From an uncultured Alphaproteobacteria bacterium (GTDB lineage Bacteria; Pseudomonadota; Alphaproteobacteria; Caulobacterales; Parvularculaceae), in assembly GCA_963765165.1 (NCBI GenBank), contig CAVXVQ010000026.1, positions 85,636 through 149,635 of the forward strand: a stretch of 64,000 nt of DNA, in the 5' to 3' direction. The notes under the pieces were generated by a model. The model made no database searches and was not told the origin of the DNA. It saw only the letters and a program-made list of their open reading frames with translations. Below, piece by piece: positions 22,452 to 33,950 of the stretch (position 1 is the first letter of the stretch; every line of letters starts with the position of its first letter). A program made the position numbers and the translations under genes.

Positions 22452-23381
22452 TTAGCCTTCCGGGCGCGGCGAGGCAACGCCGGCGCGAAGCCGGTCCGCA
22501 GCCTCATCCGGATCGCCAGCTCTCGGCCAGTCCGCCGTCTGGTTGCGGAACCAGGTCAGTTGCCGTTTGGCGAACCGGCGCGAATTGCGCTTGGCGAGAT
22601 CGACCGCCTCGTCGAGCGACATCCCGCCCGCCAGATGCGCCAGAAGCTCCGCCGCGCCGACCGCCTTCATCACCGGCAATGCCGGATCAAGGCCGCGCGC
22701 GGCGAGCGTCCTCGCTTCCTCTAATGCGCCCTGCGCGACCATCCCGTCGAACCGTTTTTCAATCGCCGCGTAGAGCGCCTCGCGCGGCGGTTCGATGACG
22801 ATGCGCGCAACGACTGCCTCAACGATCGGCGCGCCGTGTCGTTGATGCAACTCCGAGAGCGGCGTTCCAGCAGCGCGATAAACTTCCCACGCCCGGATAT
22901 GACGCTGACGATCCGCCGGATCGAGACGGGCCATCGCCGGATCGAAAGAGAGCACTTCGGCGCGAAACGCCTCGGCGCCGATTTCCTCAAAGTGCGCCCG
23001 CGCCGCGTCGCGAATGTCAGTCGGGATTTCGGGCGCCGCCGACAGGCCAAATTCCAGCGCCCGAAAATAAAGCCCGGTTCCGCCGACAACGATTGCGGCG
23101 CGCCCGCGCGAGGCTATTTCCGAAACAGCGATAGCAGCGTCGCGCGACCATTGGCCTGCGGAATATCGGGTTGCCCCGTCGATATGGCCGTAAAGGTGAT
23201 GGCGCGCGCGGCGCTCGTCCTCCGGCGCCGGGCGAGCCGAGAGTATTCTGAGATCGCGGTAAACCTGCAGCGCGTCGGCGTTGACGATCTCGCCGCCGAT
23301 TTCCTGCGCGAGCGCGAGCGCGGCCGCGGACTTGCCGCTCGCCGTCGGCCCTGCGATAAGAATGACCCGTTTTTCCGGCAT
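22452..23381 (-). CDS. miaA: tRNA dimethylallyltransferase
   Basis: AGPTASGKS, NADALQVY, VGGTGLY, FAKRQLTWFR. Confidence 0.97.
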   Translation of the reverse strand: MPEKRVILIAGPTASGKSAAALALAQEIGGEIVNADALQVYRDLRILSARPAPEDERRARHHLYGHIDGATRYSAGQWSRDAAIAVSEIASRGRAAIVVGGTGLYFRALEFGLSAAPEIPTDIRDAARAHFEEIGAEAFRAEVLSFDPAMARLDPADRQRHIRAWEVYRAAGTPLSELHQRHGAPIVEAVVARIVIEPPREALYAAIEKRFDGMVAQGALEEARTLAARGLDPALPVMKAVGAAELLAHLAGGMSLDEAVDLAKRNSRRFAKRQLTWFRNQTADWPRAGDPDEAADRLRAGVASPRPEG

Positions 23382-23385
23382 CGGA

Positions 23386-24294
23386 ATGCCTGTTACCGCA
23401 ATCACCCTCGTTTGCAATCCGGAAACGGAAGCGCTCGACGACGACCTTGTCGACGAGGCGATGCACCGTCTCCTTGAAAGCGCCGACGGCGCCGAGATCA
23501 TGCGCCAGACGCTTGCTGAGGGCGTCGCGGAGGATTTCCTTGTTGACGAGGCGATCAGCCGCGCCGTCGCCGAAAGAACGTTGGCGGATCTGATCGCCGA
23601 TGCGCCGATCGACATCATCGTGCAGCCCGCCGCGCACCGTCGTAAGCGGCTCCTCGTCGCCGACATGGATTCGACGATCATCGGCCAGGAATGCATCGAC
23701 GAACTGGCGGATTTCGCCGGCCTCAAGACCGAGATCTCGGCGATCACTGAACGCGCGATGCGCGGCGAGCTTGATTTTGATGCGGCGCTGAAAGAGCGCG
23801 TCGGCATGTTGAAAGGGCTTTCGGAAAGCGTCCTCGACGAGTGTTTCAGGACCCGCATCCGGCTCAATCCGGGCGCCGAAACGCTGATCCGGACCATGAA
23901 CAAGTCCGGCGCGACGACGGTCCTCGTCTCCGGCGGCTTCACCTATTTCGTCGAGCGCATCGCGCGCCTCGCCGGCTTCCAGCATTTCCAGGCGAACGAA
24001 CTCATCATCGAGAACGGCGCGCTGACAGGAAACGTGCGCCTTCCTGTTCTCGGCCGCGAGGCGAAGGCCGCCGCGCTTCGTCAGTTCGCGGCGCACTTCG
24101 CGATCCCGCTCGCCGATACGCTCGCCGTCGGCGACGGCGCCAACGATCTCGCCATGATCGCCGCTGCGGGGCTCGGCGTCGCCTATCGCGCCAAGCCTGC
24201 GGTCGCGGCGGCGGCGGACGCTTCGATCCGACATGGCGATCTGACGGCGCTGCTTTATGCGCAGGGTGTTCGCGCCGCCGATTTCGCAACCTGA
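23386..24294 (+). CDS. serB: Phosphoserine phosphatase
   Basis: ADMDSTII, ITERAMRGELDF, VSGGF, VGDGANDL. Confidence 0.97.
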   Translation: MPVTAITLVCNPETEALDDDLVDEAMHRLLESADGAEIMRQTLAEGVAEDFLVDEAISRAVAERTLADLIADAPIDIIVQPAAHRRKRLLVADMDSTIIGQECIDELADFAGLKTEISAITERAMRGELDFDAALKERVGMLKGLSESVLDECFRTRIRLNPGAETLIRTMNKSGATTVLVSGGFTYFVERIARLAGFQHFQANELIIENGALTGNVRLPVLGREAKAAALRQFAAHFAIPLADTLAVGDGANDLAMIAAAGLGVAYRAKPAVAAAADASIRHGDLTALLYAQGVRAADFAT

Positions 24295-24361
24295 ACGCGC
24301 AAAAGGAACCGCCGGGCCGCCTCAGACGTTGATGTCTGGAAGAAGCGGAATGGTGGATTCA

Positions 24362-24496
24362 ATGAACAAACTGATCGTGGCGCTCGTCGCCGTCGCCTTT
24401 TTTTCGGCTTGCGAAACGCTCAAGGGCGCCGGTCGCGACGTCGAAAGCGCGGGCGAAGAAATGGATGAAGCGATCAACGAAGAAGACGCCAACTAG
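24362..24496 (+). CDS. Entericidin EcnA/B family lipoprotein
   Basis: SACETLKGAGRDVESAGE. Confidence 0.85.
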   Translation: MNKLIVALVAVAFFSACETLKGAGRDVESAGEEMDEAINEEDAN

Positions 24497-24521
24497 CGTC
24501 TTCGTTCGTTCAGCGGCGGGC

Positions 24522-25896
24522 TCAGGGACGAAGCGACTCGTAAAAGAGGAGTTCGCCGCGCTGGACGTAAATCTGCACCGGACCTGAATTAAGATTCCTG
24601 AGCTTGTCGAGCTTCGTGGCGGCGGCCTCGGGGCGCGTCATGCGTTCCCAGCCGATTTCGAGAATGATGTCGCCGGGCTGCAGGACGATTGCCGCCTGGC
24701 TGTCCGGATCGACCGCGGTGACGACGACGCCGTCGACGTCGGGCGACAGGCCGAACGCTTCGATGACGTCGCGCGTCGGCCGCTCAAGCGTCAGGCCCGA
24801 CGCCTTCAGGCCGCCGGGAAGCGGCGCGCCGGGAGCGTTGGCGAGCACGCGCGTTTCGCGCCGGTCGACCGTCACCTTCAAAACGACGCGCTTTCCCTCG
24901 CGCAGCACCGTCATCGGCACCGTCGAGCCGACGGGCGTGTCGGCGACGGCGCGCGTCAGGTCGCGCACGGAATTGACCGGACGCTTGTTGAAATCGAGGA
25001 TCACGTCGTTCGGCTGCACGCCCGGCCGAGAGCGCGGGGCTGTTCGGACGCACGACCGAGACGACGGCGCCGCGCGGCCGCTCAAGGCCGAGTTCGGAGG
25101 CGAGTTTCGGCGTCATGTCGTCAATCGAAACGCCGAGCCATCCGCGCCGCGTCTCGCCATGCGTCAGCAATTGATCGACGACGATGCTGGCGAGGTCCGC
25201 GGGAACGGCGAAGCCGACGCCGACCGATCCGCCGGTCTGCGAATAGATCGCCGTGTTGATGCCGACGACGCGGCCGCTGAGATCGAACAGGGGCCCGCCG
25301 GAATTGCCGCGGTTGATCGCGGCGTCGGTCTGGATGAAATCGTCGAAATTGCCGGCGTCGATGTCGCGGTTGCGCGCCGAGATGATGCCGACGGTGACCG
25401 TGCCGCCAAGGCCGAACGGATTGCCGATCGCAATCACCCAGTCGCCGACGCGCGCGGCGTTCGAATTGCCGAAATTGACGAAGGGAAGTTTCGTCGTCGG
25501 CGGCAGCTCAAGCTGAAGGACGGCGATATCGGTTTCGCGATCGACGGCGCTGATCGCCGCCTTGAACTCGCGTCCGTCATGCATCGTCACCGTCACCTGG
25601 TCCGCATTGTCGATGACGTGGTTGTTGGTGACGACGATGCCCTTCGCATCGATGATGAATCCCGAGCCGAGCGAAACCGCCTGCGGCGAGAATTTTTTCT
25701 GCAGCTGCGAGTTGCCGGCCGCCGGGGCGCCTTTGACCTTCTGGGCCGATGAAATGTTGACGACCGCCGGCGAGAGCCGCTCGGCAAGATCGGCGAAACT
25801 TTCCGGCGCGCCGCGCGCCGGGCTCGCCGCGATCGCGGGCGAAGACAAAATCATGGTCGCGGCCGCAACCGCGGATGTCAGGAATTTCAACGCCAT
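24522..25896 (-). CDS. Do/DegP-family serine protease with two PDZ domains (frameshift near 25030)
   Basis: GSGFII, TNNHV, IQTDAAINRGNSGGPL; downstream of hflKC. Confidence 0.93.
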
Positions 25897-26003
25897 ACCT
25901 CGCCTCTTCACCCCGCCGTCGCCCATAGGGGAACGCGGGCCCCGCTGTTAAGGGACGAACGTTACCGGAAATCCGGCCTGTCGGCAAAGCCGGCGCTTTT
26001 CGC

Positions 26004-26876
26004 CTACCGCCGACCCCGCACATTGTTGAGATAGCGAAGGAATTCGCTGTCGGGCGACAGGAGGATCGTGGTGTCACCCTGCCTCAGGGCCTCCTCATAG
26101 GCGATCAGCGATCGGTAAAAAGCGAAGAATTCCGGGTCCTTGCCATAGGCGGCGGCGAAAACGGCGTTGCGCTCGGCGTCCGCCTGACCGCGAAGCTTTT
26201 CGCTTTCCTCGGTCGCCTTCGACCGGATCTCGGTCGCGGCGCGGTCCGCTTGCGCGGTGATCTTTTGCGCTTCCTCGTTTCCTTGCGCGCGGATCTGCTG
26301 CGCGAGCTGGCTTCGCTCGGTGATCATCCGCTGGAAGACGGCCTGGCTGTTTTGCAGCGGCAGATCGGCGCGGCGGATTTTCACATCGATGATTTCGATG
26401 CCGAGCTGGCGCGCGCTCGAGCCGAGAAGTTCGCGGATGCGGAGCATCAGTTCATTGCGTCGTCCTGAAACGATGTCGTCGACCGTCGCCTCGCCAAGGA
26501 CGCGGCGCACGGTCTGGTTCATCTGCGTTCTGAGGCGATCGTCGCCAGCTTCCTCGGAACGGACCGATTGATAGAACTGCAGCGGATCGATGATGCGATA
26601 GCGCGCAAACGCGTCGACAAGAAGGCGTTCCTGATTGGCGACGATCACCTCGATCGGATCCTGATCAAGCTCGCGATTGCGCTTGTCGATATAGACGTAG
26701 TTCTCGACGAACGGCGCCTTGACCTTGAGGCCCGCCTGCGAGTGCTGGGTCTGCGGATCGCCGAATCTGAGAACGATCGCGGACTGCCATTCCGGCACGA
26801 CGAAGACGGAATTGAGGACGATGAAAAGACCGCCGGCGATGGCGGCGACGATGACGGCTATGGGCGCGTTCCGCAT
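26004..26876 (-). CDS. hflC: FtsH modulator HflC
   Basis: SPFH domain, DPEFFAFYRSL, LSPDSEFLRY. Confidence 0.95.
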   Translation of the reverse strand: MRNAPIAVIVAAIAGGLFIVLNSVFVVPEWQSAIVLRFGDPQTQHSQAGLKVKAPFVENYVYIDKRNRELDQDPIEVIVANQERLLVDAFARYRIIDPLQFYQSVRSEEAGDDRLRTQMNQTVRRVLGEATVDDIVSGRRNELMLRIRELLGSSARQLGIEIIDVKIRRADLPLQNSQAVFQRMITERSQLAQQIRAQGNEEAQKITAQADRAATEIRSKATEESEKLRGQADAERNAVFAAAYGKDPEFFAFYRSLIAYEEALRQGDTTILLSPDSEFLRYLNNVRGRR

Positions 26877-28042
26877 TATTGCACGCTCTTCTTGTTGAGT
26901 TCGTTGAGCGGAAGATAGGGAACGACGCCTCTGCTCGCGCCCTCTTCCATGATGATCTTGTTCATCGGCCCGAGCACCCGCTCGGCCGTTTCGAGATACA
27001 TGCGCTGGCGCGTCACTTCCGGCGCCTTCTGGTATTCGCCGTAGATCGAATCAAAACGCGCCGCCTGACCGCGCGCGTCGGCGGTCACCTGCGCCTGATA
27101 GGCGCCCGCGTCTTCAAGCGTTTTCTGCGCGAGGCCGCGCGCTTCCGGGACGACCTTGTTCGCGTATTCGCGCGCGCGGTTGATATACTGCTCGCGGTCC
27201 TGCGCCGCCGCGATGACGTCGAGGAACGCCTGGTTCACTTCCTCCGTCGGCGGATCGGCCTTTTCGAGGTTGACCGATTCGATCAGGATTCCGGTTTTCT
27301 GCGCGTCGAGCGTCTGCTGCATCAGCGAGCGCGTTTCCTCCATGACGACAGCGCGGCCGTCCGTCTGGACGAAATCAAGCTCGTTCTTGCCGACGACTTC
27401 GCGGATCGAGGCCTCGGCGACGGTGCGGACGAGATGTTCCGGCGCCTGAATCATCAGCTTGAAATTGGCTACCGCGGGAAGGTCGCCCGCCGGCGCCGTA
27501 ATTTCCTCCTTGATCCGCCACTGAACCTTGAGCCCGATGTCGACGATGTTCTTGTCTCCGGTGAGCATGAGGCCGCTCGACTGGCCGCGCTCCGTGTTCG
27601 CCGACGGCACGAGCTCCTCGCGGACGCCGGTCACGTTTTCCGTTCTGACCGCCTGAAACGGGAACGGCATCCGCCAGTGAAGTCCGGGCATGGTGACTGA
27701 ATCGAATTTGCCAAAAGTCGTGACGACGGCCCGGTCTTGCGTGCCGACCTGATAGAAACCGCTCAATAGCCAGAGGATCGCGACCCCGGCGGCCGCGAGC
27801 GCGCCAGTCCGGGGGCTGATGGTCACCGGTCCGCCGCTTGGTCCGCGCGGGAACGCGCGTTTCAGCCGCTGCTTCGAGGCTTTCAGCAATTCCTCGAGGT
27901 CCGGCGGCTCCCCGCCCCGTCCAGGACCACGGCCATTGCCGCCGCCATTATCGCCGCCGCCCGGTGGTTTCGGGGGCTGTCCCCATGGACCGCGCACGGG
28001 GCCTCGGCCGCCGCCTTTACCGGAATTGTCCTGCCAGGGCAT
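26876..28042 (-). CDS. hflK: FtsH modulator HflK
   Basis: MPW...PPDLEEL, MLTGDKNIVD, APEVTRQRMYLET. Confidence 0.96.
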   Translation of the reverse strand: MPWQDNSGKGGGRGPVRGPWGQPPKPPGGGDNGGGNGRGPGRGGEPPDLEELLKASKQRLKRAFPRGPSGGPVTISPRTGALAAAGVAILWLLSGFYQVGTQDRAVVTTFGKFDSVTMPGLHWRMPFPFQAVRTENVTGVREELVPSANTERGQSSGLMLTGDKNIVDIGLKVQWRIKEEITAPAGDLPAVANFKLMIQAPEHLVRTVAEASIREVVGKNELDFVQTDGRAVVMEETRSLMQQTLDAQKTGILIESVNLEKADPPTEEVNQAFLDVIAAAQDREQYINRAREYANKVVPEARGLAQKTLEDAGAYQAQVTADARGQAARFDSIYGEYQKAPEVTRQRMYLETAERVLGPMNKIIMEEGASRGVVPYLPLNELNKKSVQ

Positions 28043-28201
28043 TCGATGTCCTTCATTGCAATTGGGGGGCGGCCCCGACCCGAACAGGTCAGGGGCTCGC
28101 CAAAGGATTGAGCCGTATATATGTCAACGCTTTCCGCGGGCGCAATGCGAACGCCCGATTTTTAGCGATCGCCATCATGCACTTACCGTCAGGGATTTAG
28201 G

Positions 28202-29275
28202 ATGAGCGACGCCGCGCTGCTGATGAAGGTCCGCGCCGCGCTGAAAGAGGTCGCAGCGCCAGCGGGCGGGGATGTCCTGACCTCCGGCGCGATCGAGGGC
28301 CTTTCCGCGACGTCCGAAGGCGTCGTCCGCTTCACGTTGAACGCCGGGAAGTCCGGCGGCGACGCCGACGCCCTGCTCGCCGCCGCAAGGCGGGCCGCCG
28401 CCGGCGTTCCGGGCGTCGCGCGGGTCGCCGCCGTCGCGACCTCCCACAAGAAACCGCCCGGCGGCCACGACAATCCCTTCGGCCTCAAGAAAGAATCGCG
28501 GATCGAGACCGCGGCGAAGGAACTCAAAGACGTCAGGAACGTCATTGCGGTTGCGAGCGGCAAGGGCGGCGTCGGCAAATCGACCCTCGCCGCGAACCTC
28601 GCCGTCGCCTTCGCGAGGAGAGGCCTCAAGGTCGGTCTTCTCGACGCCGACATTTACGGACCCTCGCTGCCGACGCTGTTCGGTCTTTCGGGCCGACCCG
28701 AAATGCGCGGGGAAAAAATCGCGCCGGTCGAAAAATTCGGCCTGCGGATGATGTCGATCGGCCTCCTCGTCAACGAGGATCAGGCGCTCGCCTGGCGCGG
28801 GCCGCTCGTCATGGGCGCGGTGCGCCAGCTGATCAGCGACGTCGATTGGGGGGCGCTCGACGTTCTCGTCGTCGACACGCCGCCGGGCACCGGCGACGCG
28901 CATCTGACGCTCGTCCAGTCGAAACTGCTGACCGGCGCCGTCATCGTCTCGACACCGCAGGAAATGGCGCTCGCGGACGTTCGGCGCGGCGTCGAGCTCT
29001 TCAAGAAAGTCGGCGTTCCAATCCTCGGCATCGTCGAGAACATGGCGTGGCTCGACGACGGCGATGGCGGACGGAATTATCTTTTCGGAAAAGGCGGCGC
29101 CGAACGCGCCGCGGCTGATCTCGGCGTTCCGTTTCTCGGGGCCTTGCCGATTTATCCAGACCTCAGGATCGCGAGCGATGAGGGGATCCCGCTCGCTGCG
29201 CGCGACGAGAATGCGCCGGCGGTGAAAGCGTTCGAGGCGCTCGCGTCGCGGATCGCGCCCGCGCTTCGGCGCTAA
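28202..29275 (+). CDS. mrp: Mrp/ApbC family ATPase (Fe-S carrier)
   Basis: ASGKGGVGKST, DADIYGPS, DTPPGTGD, GIVENM. Confidence 0.93.
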   Translation: MSDAALLMKVRAALKEVAAPAGGDVLTSGAIEGLSATSEGVVRFTLNAGKSGGDADALLAAARRAAAGVPGVARVAAVATSHKKPPGGHDNPFGLKKESRIETAAKELKDVRNVIAVASGKGGVGKSTLAANLAVAFARRGLKVGLLDADIYGPSLPTLFGLSGRPEMRGEKIAPVEKFGLRMMSIGLLVNEDQALAWRGPLVMGAVRQLISDVDWGALDVLVVDTPPGTGDAHLTLVQSKLLTGAVIVSTPQEMALADVRRGVELFKKVGVPILGIVENMAWLDDGDGGRNYLFGKGGAERAAADLGVPFLGALPIYPDLRIASDEGIPLAARDENAPAVKAFEALASRIAPALRR

Positions 29276-30390
29276 TTTTCGGCGAGGGCGTCTACGGCCT
29301 TGGGCGCTGCGCCGGCGATCCGCGTGTCATGCACGATGCGCCAGCGTCCTTCCGCCAGCCTCATGACGAGGGTCACGACGCCTTTCGATGTCGATGACGC
29401 TCGAGAAAGCGAATAGCGTCCAAAGACTGTAGCGACATCATCGGCTGTCATCTTCACATCGAGGCCTTCGAAGGCGAGGCGTCCCATTTCGCCCGCAACA
29501 GCTGCTTCCTGCTCATAATTCTGTTTGACAGGCCCCCAGCCCGTCGTCGCGGCGGCGTCCCTGATCATCGTCACGTCGGGCGTATCGGCGTAGCCGGCCA
29601 TGAAAGCGTCGAGATTTCCTTCGTTCCACGCGGCCGCCGTCGCCGCGATGACGCCGCGGATGACATCTTCGGCGGCGCGCGGCGCGATCCCTGCGACGGG
29701 TGCGGGTGCGACTTTCACCGGCTCTGCGGAGGCAACCACCGTCTCATCGACGACGCCATCAAGCGACGGCTGCACGCCGACGAGCCGCCCGGCGCCGGTC
29801 GATCGCGACGGGCGCGGCGCGTGATAGTCGATCGGACCCGCCGCCGCCGCGAGGATGACCGGAGCGCCAACGTCGCCGGGCGCTGTCATGACGGGGTCGG
29901 CCGACGCTATCGCTGCCGGTTGTTCAAGCTTGTCGAGCTGCTCATCGAGCGGAAGATCGCTCGCAGCGGCGACGCTCGCCGCCGGCGTCGGCGCGATCGC
30001 TTCAGCGGACGTGGCCGGCGCCGCGAGTTCAGCAATCTGTGATGCGGGCGCGCCTTCAACGCTCGACGCAGGTCCGCCTGCAAGGGCTGCTTCAATTTCG
30101 TCGGCCGCCGCTGCCGTGCAGTCGAATCCATCCGCAATCAAGGTGGCGGCGAGTTCCGCAGCGCGAGCGCGGCAAAAGTTCGAATCGACATTGGCGTTGT
30201 AGGGCACGGTGACGTTGGCGCCGCCGTCGCGGACATAGACGACGTCGCAAGCAGCCCCGACATTGCCGGGCGCCGCGATCTCGATGATCCGCTCGTCTGA
30301 GCCCTTGCGGCAGACTTCCGATCGCGGCGTTTGCGCGTACGCGCTCGCCGACCACAGCAGTCCCGCCATCAAGAAAAACGCCGTTCTCAT
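29272..30390 (-). CDS. Secreted protein with C-terminal SnoaL/DUF4440 domain
   Basis: Signal peptide, Cys-rich N-domain, low-complexity linker, AAWNEGNLDAFMAGY...WRIVHD. Confidence 0.7.
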   Translation of the reverse strand: MRTAFFLMAGLLWSASAYAQTPRSEVCRKGSDERIIEIAAPGNVGAACDVVYVRDGGANVTVPYNANVDSNFCRARAAELAATLIADGFDCTAAAADEIEAALAGGPASSVEGAPASQIAELAAPATSAEAIAPTPAASVAAASDLPLDEQLDKLEQPAAIASADPVMTAPGDVGAPVILAAAAGPIDYHAPRPSRSTGAGRLVGVQPSLDGVVDETVVASAEPVKVAPAPVAGIAPRAAEDVIRGVIAATAAAWNEGNLDAFMAGYADTPDVTMIRDAAATTGWGPVKQNYEQEAAVAGEMGRLAFEGLDVKMTADDVATVFGRYSLSRASSTSKGVVTLVMRLAEGRWRIVHDTRIAGAAPKAVDALAEN

Positions 30391-30545
30391 TCCCCCTCCA
30401 TGCGAAATCGCCGCGCGCAGTAGCCTTGTTCTGCCTGACGCGGAAGAGCGGCGCATTTTCGCAGTCGCAATGTAAACGCGGCCTTAACTTATTACGATGG
30501 ATTTTACCGGGACTGGCCTGTGGAAGACTGCCGAAAATCAGGCGG

Positions 30546-31046
30546 TTAACGGCGATCCAGAATGAAAAAGCGGCAAGTGTGCTCGTTACGCACCGATTTC
30601 TCGCATCCCCCGTCCGGGGTCCTTGTCCACGCCGCCGGATCGATCTCCGGGAAGTGAACGTCGCCATCGACGAGGGCGTCGACCTCGGTCAGGTGAATGC
30701 GATCGGCGAGCGGCAAGGTCCGTCGATAGACTTCCGCGCCGCCGATGACGCAGATTTCGTCAACGCCAAGGCGAGCCGCCGCGTCCGCGGCAAGGCGCAG
30801 CGCGTCGTCGACGGTTCGCGCGAGGATGACGCCGTCCTGCGGCGCCATCGACCGGCTGACGACGATATTGGTGCGACCTTTGAGCGGCTTTCCGATGCTG
30901 TCGAAAGTCTTGCGGCCCATGACCACGGGCTTGCCGGTCGTCAGCGCGCGAAAGCGTTTGAGGTCGTCCGAAATTTTCCAGGCGAGACCGCCGTTTCGGC
31001 CGATGACGCCGTTCTTCGCGACCGCAACGACGAGCGAGATCCGCAT
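30546..31046 (-). CDS. folA: Dihydrofolate reductase
   Basis: NGVIG, VVMGRKTFDSI, IGGAEVY, GDVHFP. Confidence 0.96.
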   Translation of the reverse strand: MRISLVVAVAKNGVIGRNGGLAWKISDDLKRFRALTTGKPVVMGRKTFDSIGKPLKGRTNIVVSRSMAPQDGVILARTVDDALRLAADAAARLGVDEICVIGGAEVYRRTLPLADRIHLTEVDALVDGDVHFPEIDPAAWTRTPDGGCEKSVRNEHTCRFFILDRR

Positions 31047-31528
31047 CAGGCCTCTCTTGCGAGCGTATCGAGCGCGTCGCCCGCAAGGCGGTAGATCGTC
31101 CATTCGTCCATCGCGACGGCGCCGAGCGATTTATAAAAGTCGATCGCCGGCGCGTTCCAGTCGAGCACCGACCATTCGAAACGGCCGCAGTCGTTTTCCT
31201 TCGCGATCCTCGCGAGCCGCGCGAGAAGCGCCTTGCCGATCCCCTTGCCGCGATGGCTCTCGCGCACGAAGAGATCTTCAAGATAAACGCCGTGCTTGCC
31301 GACAAAGGTCGAGAAATTGAAGAAATAGAGCGCGAAGCCGCAAGGCTCGCCGTCCCATTCCGCGATCAGCGCGAAGGCTTTGGGCGACGCGCAGAAAAGC
31401 GCGCGATCCATGTCCGCAACGCTCGCAACGGCGGCGTCTGCGAGTTTTTCGTAGACCGCGAGTTCCTCGATGAATTGGAGGACCAGCGGGCTGTCGCCGG
31501 GCCTCGCAGTTCGGATGTTCAGCGTCAT
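31046..31528 (-). CDS. GNAT acetyltransferase (SSAT/diamine acetyltransferase-like)
   Basis: [31 protein letters not shown]. Confidence 0.9.
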   Translation of the reverse strand: MTLNIRTARPGDSPLVLQFIEELAVYEKLADAAVASVADMDRALFCASPKAFALIAEWDGEPCGFALYFFNFSTFVGKHGVYLEDLFVRESHRGKGIGKALLARLARIAKENDCGRFEWSVLDWNAPAIDFYKSLGAVAMDEWTIYRLAGDALDTLAREA

Positions 31529-32319
31529 ACGGCGATCGGCGCCTTTATCGTCGGTTCCGCGACGTAATTTTTTATCGCAATGTCGTCAAAGGCGAAATCG
31601 AACACGCGCTTGACGCCTGGATTGAGTTCGAGCGTCGGCAGCGGTCCGGGCTGTCGCGCGAGCTGCGCGCGCGCCTGATCGAAATGATTGTGATAAAGGT
31701 GGGCGTCGCCGAAAATGTGGACGAACTCGCCGGCCCTGAGGCCGACCGTTTGCGCGACCATGTGCGTCAGCAGCGCGTAGGACGCGATGTTGAACGGCAC
31801 GCCGAGAAAAATATCCGCCGAGCGCTGGTAAAGCTGGCAGGACAAACGCCCCTTCGCGACGAAAAACTGGAAGAGACAGTGACAGGGCGGCAGCGCCATG
31901 TCGGCGATCTCGGCCGGGTTCCACGCGCTGACGATCATGCGCCGCGAGTAAGGATTGCGCTTCAACTCGTCGATCACCCAGGAAAGCTGATCGATCGTTC
32001 GCCCGTCATGCGCCGGCCATGACCGCCACTGACGACCGTAAACGGGACCAAGCTCGCCTTCTTCGTTCGCCCATTCGTCCCAGATGGTGACGCCATGCTT
32101 GTTGAGATAGGCGATGTTGGTGTCGCCCGCGATGAACCAGAGAAGCTCGTGGACGATCGATTTCAGGTGCAGCTTCTTGGTCGTCAAAAGCGGAAATCCG
32201 GCTTCGAGGTCGAACCGCATCTGATGGCCGAAAATCGACCTGGCGCCGGTGCCCGTCCGTTCGTTCCGGTCGTCGCCTTCGTCGAGGACTTTCCGCAACA
32301 GGTCGAGATATTGCCGCAT
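31525..32319 (-). CDS. thyA: Thymidylate synthase
   Basis: [26 protein letters not shown]. Confidence 0.98.
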   Translation of the reverse strand: MRQYLDLLRKVLDEGDDRNERTGTGARSIFGHQMRFDLEAGFPLLTTKKLHLKSIVHELLWFIAGDTNIAYLNKHGVTIWDEWANEEGELGPVYGRQWRSWPAHDGRTIDQLSWVIDELKRNPYSRRMIVSAWNPAEIADMALPPCHCLFQFFVAKGRLSCQLYQRSADIFLGVPFNIASYALLTHMVAQTVGLRAGEFVHIFGDAHLYHNHFDQARAQLARQPGPLPTLELNPGVKRVFDFAFDDIAIKNYVAEPTIKAPIAV

Positions 32320-32426
32320 TGAGCCTCTATCCTTGGGGCGCCGGAGCCGGTTGCGCCGTCTTCCGGTTGTCGCTTCTCGGCGGCAGGGGCCTAGTGTGAT
32401 AGGATCCGCGCCACAGGGGTCGGGGT

Positions 32427-33950
32427 ATGACTGAAAAACCGAAAAAACAAGCGGCGGCCGATCTGGCGGAAAGCGGTCGCGGGCTCGGCCTTTTGAGCCT
32501 CGTCGTCGGCCTTGCGACGGGCGGCGCCACTTACTGGATCGTCGATCGCTGGATCGACGCCTCGACCCCCTCGCCTGTTTCGATCACGACCCTGCAGTCG
32601 ATCATCGCGTTCAGCGCCGGCTGGCTCCTCCTTTCCGAGCGCAAGGATTTCCTGCGCCCGATCGTGCCGGCGGCTTTGATCGCGGCGCTCCTTGCGGGGC
32701 CAAGCTGGTTCATGGCGTCGTCGGATCGCGGGCACAGTTACGAACTTAAATCCTCGCCCTTCATCTTCTGGTTCTTCCTGTCGGCGCCGCTCGCCTTTTA
32801 CCTTCTGCTGTCGCTCGCGAAATCGACGCTCGAGACCGGCCTGCCGCCGAAATACACGTCGCTCTATTTTCACGGGCTGACGCTGCCGCTTATCGCCGGC
32901 GGCGCGAAACTCTTCGCCGGCCTCGCCCTCATCCTGCTTTACGCTTGGGCGGCGCTCTTGAAGCAGATGGACGTCAAGTTCTTTTCGGAGCTCTTCGACG
33001 AGCCGTGGTTCATCTTGCCGTTTCTCGGCGCCATCGGCGGGCTGTCGATCGCGATGATCCGCGGCCAGCAGGCGGTGCTTGGCGCGCTGCGCTTCATCCT
33101 CTTGCTCTTCTCGCGCATCGCGATGCCGATCATGGCGCTGTTCTCGCTGACCTTCCTGGTCGTCCTCGCGCTCAAGGGTCCCGGCGCCATTCTCGATTCG
33201 GAATTTTTCTTCGGGCGCCCGGGCGGCGTCATTTTGTTTCTCGCGCTCGTCGGCATGCTGGTTTTCAACGGCGTCTACCAGAACGGCGAAGGGTCGCCGC
33301 CGCCCGCATGGCTGCGCCTTGCGACAGCGGCCGCGATTGCGACTTTCCCCGTCTATACGGGTCTCGCCTTCTATGCGCTCTTTCTGCGCGTCGGCGACTA
33401 TGGCCTGACGCCGCCGCGCATCGGCGGCCTTGCGATGACCGCGCTCGCCTTTGCGTATTCGTTTGTATTGATCGCGGGCCTGCTGACGGAGCTCAACTGG
33501 AAGGGCAAGCGCTGGATGCCGCTGGTCGCGCCGCTCAACACGCTTATGGCGGTTTTGTGGGTCGGCGTTCTGCTGACCTTGTCGTCGCCGTTTTTCAACA
33601 CCTGGGCGATGAGCGCGAAGAGCCAGGAGGAATTGCTGCTCTCGGGCAAGATCGACGCCGCGAAATTCGACTTTGGCTATCTTCGTTTCAGGCTCGGCGC
33701 GTATGGCGAGGCGTCGCTTGCGCGCATCGAAGGCGCGACGGGCCATCCGCAAGCCGCCGACATCCGTGCGGGCGTCGCGCGCGCCAGAGCCGCGCAGAGT
33801 TATTGGGAATACCAGAACCCGGATTTGACAACGCCGGCGGAGGCGCCTCCGTCAGGGGAACCGACGCCCGCTCAGCCGGGGCCGATGGATCTCGAACTCG
33901 ATCCGAACGATGCGCCTGCGGACGGATCCGCGGCGACCCCGGAGCCTTAA
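32427..33950 (+). CDS. DUF4153-family multi-pass membrane protein
   Basis: Many TM segments, [12 protein letters not shown] motif. Confidence 0.75.
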   Translation: MTEKPKKQAAADLAESGRGLGLLSLVVGLATGGATYWIVDRWIDASTPSPVSITTLQSIIAFSAGWLLLSERKDFLRPIVPAALIAALLAGPSWFMASSDRGHSYELKSSPFIFWFFLSAPLAFYLLLSLAKSTLETGLPPKYTSLYFHGLTLPLIAGGAKLFAGLALILLYAWAALLKQMDVKFFSELFDEPWFILPFLGAIGGLSIAMIRGQQAVLGALRFILLLFSRIAMPIMALFSLTFLVVLALKGPGAILDSEFFFGRPGGVILFLALVGMLVFNGVYQNGEGSPPPAWLRLATAAAIATFPVYTGLAFYALFLRVGDYGLTPPRIGGLAMTALAFAYSFVLIAGLLTELNWKGKRWMPLVAPLNTLMAVLWVGVLLTLSSPFFNTWAMSAKSQEELLLSGKIDAAKFDFGYLRFRLGAYGEASLARIEGATGHPQAADIRAGVARARAAQSYWEYQNPDLTTPAEAPPSGEPTPAQPGPMDLELDPNDAPADGSAATPEP

